64,000 nucleotides of DNA. Origin: an uncultured Candidatus Binatia bacterium. GTDB taxonomy: Bacteria > Desulfobacterota > Binatia > UBA9968 > JAJDTQ01. The stretch is from positions 320,001 to 384,000 of the forward strand of contig OZ219754.1 of assembly GCA_964291295.2 (NCBI GenBank), written 5' to 3'. Both the position numbers and the translations under genes were made by a program. Within the stretch, counting starts at the first letter, position 1, and the number at the start of each line of letters is the position of its first letter. The notes under the pieces are model-generated. The model saw only the letters and a list, made by a program, of their open reading frames with translations, was not told where the DNA came from and searched no databases. Shown here piece after piece: positions 57,256-64,000 of this stretch.

Positions 57256-60236
57256 GCCTTATTCATGCGCGTCAACGCCTGATCGTACCAGAGCAGGAGT
57301 TTCTGGTCCTCCTGGAGAACGGCATCGGGAATCTTCTCGGCGACCTCCACAATGGTGGCGTAGTCCCGATCCTGGTAGGCCCTGAAGAAGCCCGCGCGAA
57401 CCGCTTCAAGTCGGAAGAGCTTGAGCCGTCGCGCCGAAGACTGGCGGTAGTCATCGAATTCGCGCAGAAGCGCGCGAGTACGGCGTTTCTCGACATCCGC
57501 CGCCTTGCTGGGATCGGGCACATACCAGCGATCCTTGGCCTTGCCACGCAAGGCCGTATGGTCCTTCGGCAGGTTGCGCAATTCCTTGAAGTTGGTGGAC
57601 AGGTAGGCGTGGATCTGGCTGGGCACTTCACCGACTCCATCAAAGCACAAGAAGTTCTGTTCCAGCATCTCCGACAGCTCGGGTAGCTTTTCGTGCTTCT
57701 GCCAGCCCGTGATCTCCCGGAGAAACTGGGGATGAATTTCCTGAAAATTCTGGGGTTTGTGAGCCAATAGTCTTCTGAGCCAGTCTATCGCGGAGGATTC
57801 GTTGATGACGAAGATCTCCAATTGCGCCACTTCTCCGACTGACAAGCGTTTCTTGTCGTATTCGACAACTTGCTCGGGCAGAAAGATCATGCCGTCCCGT
57901 TCGGGAAAACGCTGGAAGATGCCGGCCAGGAAGCCGCTCACTGAAAGAGGCACCGTCACATTGCGCAGGACATGGAAGGCAACCATGCGATCGAACAAAA
58001 CATGGGGCTGGCGCTCGTTGACGATCTCGACCCGACCGTCCTTGAGAACGAACACAGGCAATTGGGCAAGATGGGTGTGGAGGAAGTCCCACATACCTTG
58101 CTCGGTTCCCCTTGTCAATGCAAAGCGTTCTTCCAACCCGTCGTTGGGCTTGTACGCCGAGATGACGAGATCCTGCTCCACTGCGGTGCTCGTGACTTGA
58201 CGGTAGGACCCCTGTCTCTTGTCCAAGGTACGCACATCGGCGACGACGAAACCGACTGTCAACATGGCTTCCTGAATAGAGGTCCAAACCGCGTTCTTGG
58301 AATTGTGGAAGACGACGGTCATCCAACGCCCGGGCTTTAGGACGCGGCGATACTCCTCGAAACAGCCCTGCATCAGGTACTGATATTCCAGCAACCTTTT
58401 CTTCTTAAATTGATCTATGATGGCTTCCGATACCGCATTGGTCATGATGCCGTGCCAAGATTCAATCAGTAAGTTCAAATCCGCGTAGAAGATATTCTCG
58501 CCGAATGGCGGATCAGTGAAGATGTAATCGATCGAGTTTTCAGGCAAGGAGGTTTCTGCACAGTCTGCAGTTGAAACAATTGTAGAGTTGGCGTGTACGC
58601 GGGCAAGCATGAAGGCTTTATGTAATTGAGAAAGCTTTCCGGCAAGCCTATACCAAGGGGAAATCTCTGCGATCTGGGAAGGAATGTAGTAGACACCACT
58701 AAGAATTTGATTTGATTGAGAACCTTGATTTGCTCGAAACCGATTAAGCAGAGACATCGTTGATACGGCCTGCTCGGCGAAGTAGAGCAGCATATGGCGA
58801 ATTCGGATGTCGGGATGGGCTTTGGCCCGTCGCCACATCGCCGCCAAGGCGTTCGCGGAGCGGGGCAAAAAAAAGTGATGCGTGTGGTTGACACCCTTCG
58901 GGGCCAGTCGCGAACCGTGATACATGTCGTCGACAGGCAACTGACTGGTTGGAACATCCGCCGGGAGGGGAAGCTTCGAGATGCGGCGGACAATTTCAAG
59001 ATCATCAGCGTCGGGCCGCTTTTCGAATGCCTTGCCGTCGATCGTGTATCGGATCAACGCCGGCCTGAAAGTGATATGTTTTCGAACATCACCCGTGGCG
59101 GCATCCAGGTCGGACTCAAACACGCGCTCCAACCTCTTCTTGTTCAACTCAGCATCGCAGTCAGGACAAGGGAAAGTGCTCCTGACCCGGCCGCTCGCCC
59201 GATCTAATGCCTCTTCAAGAAACACGATCTCGCTCGTGCATTCAGGACAAGCAAACACCTCGCTCCAGACGGTGTAGTCGATCCGCCCTTTGGTCTTGCC
59301 GTCGATGTGCCGGGTTTCATACATCCAGCCAAGTTCGGCTTCCACCTCGTCAAGCAGCGTACGCCCGGCCTCGGCAAAGGCATCGACATCAAGGGGCAGG
59401 CTGTAGTTGGCGGCAATGAAACCGGCAAGCGGCGAAAGGTCGTTCAAAACCGTGCGCCGAAGCCCCCATTTCGGTGTACCGAAACCATCCCTGGCCCAAA
59501 GTGCTTCAAGCGATTTGCGGTAGCTCTCCGGCGCGGTTTCGCACCACTGGGCCGCCACACCGGTCATGCCCGAGCCGGCAAAGCCGTCCAGGACAAGATC
59601 ACCGGGCTCGGTGTAATGAAGAATCGACGGCACGATGGCCAGATGCGGCACCTTGGTATGGTAGCTGTGCGCCCGGTAGACAGGATGGGTCTTGCCTTCG
59701 CTGACATCGACAGCGAACGGTTTGCGGCGATAGGGCTGCTGCGGGTCGTAAGCCCTTCCATAGATCTCCACGAATGCGCCCAGGAACGGGTTCGGGCAAG
59801 CCGTGTGCCACGGCGGATCGGACAGATCAAGGATATCTTCGATCTTGCCGTGGGGGAATCCGACCTCATCCTTCCAGCGCTGCAGCAAATCCTTGGACGA
59901 GTCGGCATGAAGCATGCGCTCCGCGAGTTCGCGAAGTCGGGCATCCCCACCCATCGGCCAGTGCTCAATGGCTGCCATCCGGGCTACCGCATCGTCAACA
60001 TCGGTGTAAGGCAAACCGCCGAGGGCCGTATGCAGCTCCTCCAGGCCATTCCTCAACCTGTCAAGAAAATGGGACCGCCGGGCCTCGTCATTCTCGAAGA
60101 CGATACCGAGGCATTCCATCGGCTGGTCACGCCTGGCCTCCAATTCCTCTTCACGGGGCTTGTTGAACATCTCTCCATGTTCCAACGGCTTCCAGAAGAG
60201 TCGTCCGGTTCGGCGGTTCCGCCCGCTATGCGTCAT
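57252..60236 (-). CDS. pglXI: BREX PglXI-type DNA methyltransferase (start uncertain)
   Basis: HSYHTKVPH, VLDGFAGSGMTG, CPEC/CPDC Zn motifs, IFTDPPF. Confidence 0.8.
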   Translation of the reverse strand: MTHSGRNRRTGRLFWKPLEHGEMFNKPREEELEARRDQPMECLGIVFENDEARRSHFLDRLRNGLEELHTALGGLPYTDVDDAVARMAAIEHWPMGGDARLRELAERMLHADSSKDLLQRWKDEVGFPHGKIEDILDLSDPPWHTACPNPFLGAFVEIYGRAYDPQQPYRRKPFAVDVSEGKTHPVYRAHSYHTKVPHLAIVPSILHYTEPGDLVLDGFAGSGMTGVAAQWCETAPESYRKSLEALWARDGFGTPKWGLRRTVLNDLSPLAGFIAANYSLPLDVDAFAEAGRTLLDEVEAELGWMYETRHIDGKTKGRIDYTVWSEVFACPECTSEIVFLEEALDRASGRVRSTFPCPDCDAELNKKRLERVFESDLDAATGDVRKHITFRPALIRYTIDGKAFEKRPDADDLEIVRRISKLPLPADVPTSQLPVDDMYHGSRLAPKGVNHTHHFFLPRSANALAAMWRRAKAHPDIRIRHMLLYFAEQAVSTMSLLNRFRANQGSQSNQILSGVYYIPSQIAEISPWYRLAGKLSQLHKAFMLARVHANSTIVSTADCAETSLPENSIDYIFTDPPFGENIFYADLNLLIESWHGIMTNAVSEAIIDQFKKKRLLEYQYLMQGCFEEYRRVLKPGRWMTVVFHNSKNAVWTSIQEAMLTVGFVVADVRTLDKRQGSYRQVTSTAVEQDLVISAYKPNDGLEERFALTRGTEQGMWDFLHTHLAQLPVFVLKDGRVEIVNERQPHVLFDRMVAFHVLRNVTVPLSVSGFLAGIFQRFPERDGMIFLPEQVVEYDKKRLSVGEVAQLEIFVINESSAIDWLRRLLAHKPQNFQEIHPQFLREITGWQKHEKLPELSEMLEQNFLCFDGVGEVPSQIHAYLSTNFKELRNLPKDHTALRGKAKDRWYVPDPSKAADVEKRRTRALLREFDDYRQSSARRLKLFRLEAVRAGFFRAYQDRDYATIVEVAEKIPDAVLQEDQKLLLWYDQALTRMNKA

Positions 60237-62121
60237 CCGTCGATCCCCTGTCGCTCGCATCCTTGTCCTTTTTCACGCGGCGGAGTTTGATCGCAACGCC
60301 GACGTCGGTCAGCACATAGGCCTGATGCGGGTGGTTGGGTTGGTCCGGATGGACCATACGGAGAACACCCCCTTGCAAAAGAGGATCAAGATGATGCTTC
60401 TTGAAAAACCCCCGACTGGTCACTCCGACTTCATCCATGATCTCTGCCAATCGACGGGGCGTGTCGCAAAGCCTGACGATCTTCTCCTGGGTCGCCGAAA
60501 GCTTCCAAAGGGGATCTTGTGCAGTAGACAAGTTGTCCGAATCCGAACCCGGTTGTACAATGGACAAGTCCTCCCGCCTTTTCGAACCTTGGTCAGTGGC
60601 GAGATTCGACGCCCCGGCACCCACCCGCTTACCGGATCGATTCGGTTGACTCAGCCGCTCCTTGAGATATTCGGCGACGACGAAGGCCGACGATTCCTCG
60701 CGACCCGCCGGCGAAACGAGCCCTTGGACCGTCAGGTGCTCCAGGACTCCATGGACATCAACTCCAGACAGGCCGGTGACGGCATGTACATCACGTGGAC
60801 GCACCCTGCCCTCACGGCACGCGAAGGCGAACGTCCTGGCCTCGGCATCGTCAAGGCGGACGCCGAGGCTTGCATGGAACAGGAGTTGCTTCTCGGACAG
60901 GAGTTCCTCCTTGGCCAGGATCAGTTGAAAGGCCTTGCGCGCTCTGTCGTTGGAGACTGTCGGCGGCACACGTCCGAACTGTCGCCAGTTGCCGAAGATG
61001 GCGCGGATACCTGTCCCGGCCTGCTCGCTCAGGCCGATCCGGCGGAAGGTGGCAACGATCCTCGGGTTACGCACCTCCTTCTCACCGGGATCAAGCAGTT
61101 CGTCTGCGGATGCGAAGGCGTCGCCGGGATTCCAGAATATCGTTCGGTCGTCGAAGAACCGGATCGTCGGCATTCGGGTGTGGTCTGCGTAATCCTGATG
61201 CATCAGAAGGTTGATCACGGCTTCGCGAAAAGCGATGTAGTCCGGCGGATGGTCTTCGCGCCGCAATGTCTCGGGATTGACAGAGAACGGCTTCTCGGCA
61301 CGCTGAAGGTAGCGGTCCACCAGCGTTTTCCACGAGTTCACGAGATTGGTCTCGATCACCAACCGGTCAACCCAGCGTTCGTTGGACCACTCTTCCGACC
61401 AGTCGCCGCGGCTCCACTGCCAGTCCACGACGGGACGCGGAAGTATCTGGCGAAAGGCAGGCGCGGCGCCGAACAGAAGGATCGCAGCGCGGGTCGGCAA
61501 CAGCCGACCGCCGGCTTCGACAACCAAGCCCCAATGATGGAGAAACTCCAAGTCCGGCAAAGTCTCGTCGTGACCGGGGTTCCGGCCGTCGAACAGCTTG
61601 CGGTACCAACGTATGGAGCCATGGTCGAAGCAGCGTTCAGGATCGATGGCGACAACCTCTCCATCGTGGCGCTCGTCAGCCGCGTCCCGCAGCAGCCGCT
61701 CGATTTCGGCTTCCGTGCAGCGCTGGTCGCCCGCGCCCCGACGCAGGAACGATTGCCGGATGTTGCCGTCGAGATAGACCGGCTTGTCCTGTCTGCGCGC
61801 CTCAGGGATATGGAAAACCAGAAGGGCCTTGTCATCGTCCTCAATCAAACGCTCTTTCGCGGTGATGACTCGATTGAGCTTCTGGCCGGAACGCAGGGTG
61901 CCGAGGAAGTCGTTCTGTACCTTGTCCACCTCCAGAACGCCAACGATCTCGAAGCCGCCGGCGCCGTCACGAACGCCGAACACCAGCCAGCCACCCTCGG
62001 TGTTGGCAAAGGCCGAGACGGTCTCATAAGCATTTTTTGGAACCGCATGTCGAGCTTCCTTGAACTCGATGTCGGTCCATTCGTAGCCCTTCAGACGTTC
62101 GATGAGCTCCTCTTTCTCCAT
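60226..62121 (-). CDS. AlbA_2/Schlafen-like + HATPase-like + C-terminal HTH protein
   Basis: EWTDIEFKEA..YETVSAFANTEGG.L.FGV, REAVINLLMHQDY, RNPRI..FRRIGLSEQAGTG, HTH-like tail. Confidence 0.82.
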   Translation of the reverse strand: MEKEELIERLKGYEWTDIEFKEARHAVPKNAYETVSAFANTEGGWLVFGVRDGAGGFEIVGVLEVDKVQNDFLGTLRSGQKLNRVITAKERLIEDDDKALLVFHIPEARRQDKPVYLDGNIRQSFLRRGAGDQRCTEAEIERLLRDAADERHDGEVVAIDPERCFDHGSIRWYRKLFDGRNPGHDETLPDLEFLHHWGLVVEAGGRLLPTRAAILLFGAAPAFRQILPRPVVDWQWSRGDWSEEWSNERWVDRLVIETNLVNSWKTLVDRYLQRAEKPFSVNPETLRREDHPPDYIAFREAVINLLMHQDYADHTRMPTIRFFDDRTIFWNPGDAFASADELLDPGEKEVRNPRIVATFRRIGLSEQAGTGIRAIFGNWRQFGRVPPTVSNDRARKAFQLILAKEELLSEKQLLFHASLGVRLDDAEARTFAFACREGRVRPRDVHAVTGLSGVDVHGVLEHLTVQGLVSPAGREESSAFVVAEYLKERLSQPNRSGKRVGAGASNLATDQGSKRREDLSIVQPGSDSDNLSTAQDPLWKLSATQEKIVRLCDTPRRLAEIMDEVGVTSRGFFKKHHLDPLLQGGVLRMVHPDQPNHPHQAYVLTDVGVAIKLRRVKKDKDASDRGSTDDA

Positions 62122-62127
62122 CGGCGT

Positions 62128-64000
62128 CTATTCCAGCACAACCCGTACATTGGCCGGTTCCTGTCCCTTGGTCATTTCATCCAGATGGCTCTCGAAACGC
62201 TTCTTCATCTCGTCGGGTCGTGCGGGCGAACCGCCGGCAAGGAGTGCGGCTTTCAGATCATTGGTCTTCAAGACCACTTTGACCAAACCCGACAGAACCT
62301 CCTGGAGAGGCTCGATCAATTCGAGATCCAAGGGATCGGGGAGTTCTCCTTTCTTCGTGAAGGCGGTGACCCGTTCCCGTTGAGCCGGCTCAAGCAGCGA
62401 AAGGCTTTCGCGAATGGATGGATCGTCAAGATTGGCGAGCAGCGTTTGCGTCCAGTCGGCGAGCAGCCCGTCAATCTTCTCGTCCAGTCTGGCAAGGGTT
62501 GTTCCGGCGACGCTGGTTGTCTCAAGGGCCGGCCTGAACCCACAGTGCGGGCAGACCGGAGCGGTTTCCGTCTCTTCCTTGGTGAGAGCGAAACAAGTCT
62601 TCAATTCGTCAAGGCGTTCCTTCAAATCGATCAGATGCTGGACCGGCATGAGGTCAATTGCGGAGAGCGCATGGAGGCGGGCAAGCCTTCCGTCGCTCAT
62701 CAGCGTGGTCTTCCTCCTCTCGTTGTTTGCGCCAAGCCGCGCCTTGGCGTGGAGGTCCAGATATATCCCGACGAAGGATTGCTTCAAGTCGTTAATCTTG
62801 CGTAGCGACCGGCGGCGGATCGCCGGCAATTCATGCTCGGCCGAGGATCGCACGATATCTGCCAGCACTTCGTCGCGGACAGCCTTCATTTGCGTCGCCC
62901 ATTCATGGGACGGGGGAAGCACTGCCTCCGCCGCGCTGAGGAAAGCCGTCACGGGGGCCAATTCGGAAGCCGTCCCAAGGACGCCCTCCACTTCTGCCAT
63001 TGATGCGAGCTCCGCTGCATGGCTGCTCACCTCCTCGGCGTCATGCCGGAGGTTCTTGAGACGGCCCGGCGTGGTATAAGCTTGGAGAGATTCAAGAAAA
63101 GTCTTGGCCCGCTCCAGCGTCGCACTCAAGTTTGTCCCTGCTTCCGATTCAATCAGGTTTCTGCCCCAGCACGGAATCCCGTTCTGAACTGCTCGTTGGG
63201 CGATGAGCAGCCTTTCCACGGTCCGGCCAACGGCCTTCTGAAGCTCCTGTACGGGATCTTGCTCGCCATGGGTGACAAGGGTCGCCATGCCCGGGGCAAG
63301 GCCAAACAAATCGAACAGCGCCTTGAGAGCAGGGATATTCCAGTCCTTGGGCCGCTCGATATGCTTGAAGCGGACGATCTCGTCGAGCGGTAGGGCGGCG
63401 AGAGCGGACAGGTCGGTGGCGTCGAACTTCCGTCCGGGAACAGCGAGCACGAGATCGCCGGAATAGACCAATGTCGCAAGCAACACCACGGCCCATTCGG
63501 GTTCCAGCCGCAAAGTCTGCGGAGCCAAGTATTCGACGCCGAGCAGTTCCTGAATCAGTTCGGCGCGGTTGACGACTTGGCCGCGGCCCTTCTTGTGCAC
63601 CTGATCGAGGATTTGGACAGCATATCTTGATCGATGGGGATCGAGCCTGTCGCCGTCCAGGAGATGGAGCGCGTCGAGAATCGCTGTGGCCTGTCTCGTT
63701 TTCGTCGTGCCGGCGATCCACCGCAACGCATCCTGGGTGGCTTGAGCACGGTTGGACGACGTGATCAGCACGGAAAATTTCGGATAGTCCGGTGCCTGGT
63801 CGGCGAAGTGGGCATCAAGGCAGATGCCGGCAATCGCGTTGATCATATCCCGGAAGTTTATGCGCTCGGAGGGAAGCGTCCCGGAGAGTTCACGAGGAGA
63901 ATGCCCCTTGGCCCATTCGAGCAACGCCTTGCGGCGACCTTGATAGCCAATTTCGAAGGCCATGCCCATGTGCTCCTGAAGCCAATTGACCAGATCGCGG
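62128..64000 (-). CDS. brxC: BrxC/PglY-type BREX ATPase, C-terminal part (runs off the window)
   Basis: Large ORF open at the window edge, first in the methylase-pglZ run; C-terminal CPHCGF Zn motif; ATPase motifs lie outside the window. Confidence 0.7.
   Translation of the reverse strand, partial: RDLVNWLQEHMGMAFEIGYQGRRKALLEWAKGHSPRELSGTLPSERINFRDMINAIAGICLDAHFADQAPDYPKFSVLITSSNRAQATQDALRWIAGTTKTRQATAILDALHLLDGDRLDPHRSRYAVQILDQVHKKGRGQVVNRAELIQELLGVEYLAPQTLRLEPEWAVVLLATLVYSGDLVLAVPGRKFDATDLSALAALPLDEIVRFKHIERPKDWNIPALKALFDLFGLAPGMATLVTHGEQDPVQELQKAVGRTVERLLIAQRAVQNGIPCWGRNLIESEAGTNLSATLERAKTFLESLQAYTTPGRLKNLRHDAEEVSSHAAELASMAEVEGVLGTASELAPVTAFLSAAEAVLPPSHEWATQMKAVRDEVLADIVRSSAEHELPAIRRRSLRKINDLKQSFVGIYLDLHAKARLGANNERRKTTLMSDGRLARLHALSAIDLMPVQHLIDLKERLDELKTCFALTKEETETAPVCPHCGFRPALETTSVAGTTLARLDEKIDGLLADWTQTLLANLDDPSIRESLSLLEPAQRERVTAFTKKGELPDPLDLELIEPLQEVLSGLVKVVLKTNDLKAALLAGGSPARPDEMKKRFESHLDEMTKGQEPANVRVVLE

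Overview
GC-rich bacterial chromosome segment. Gene order and style suggest a deltaproteobacterial-type lineage (inference only). The core blocks are guaB-guaA-dnaE-hflX, tRNA-Val-thrS-infC-rpmI-rplT-pheS-pheT-ihfA-merR, tRNA-Pro-pcm-nlpD-apt-thiC, hisI-hisG, glmU-glmS/rlmE and a DUF1302-DUF1329-YCF48-RND operon. These are interleaved with accessory DNA: a type II R-M islet, a Xre/RES toxin-antitoxin cassette with a Fic gene, and the distal part of a type-3-like BREX locus. Highlights not explained by the ORF track: (1) a 6.1-kb composite transposon made of two inverted, apparently identical ISAs1-type elements with a 9-bp target duplication, carrying a TbpB-like surface lipoprotein gene with a C19 slippage tract; (2) a hidden selenoprotein of the ArsC/Spx family with a UxxC motif and a SECIS-like hairpin; (3) a structured thiC leader that lacks canonical TPP-riboswitch motifs; (4) a BREX-3-like locus with no helicase between pglXI and pglZ and an inserted AlbA/HATPase gene; (5) a 181-bp MITE inserted at the pheS stop codon. 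All family assignments come from motifs read by eye; no database searches were run.
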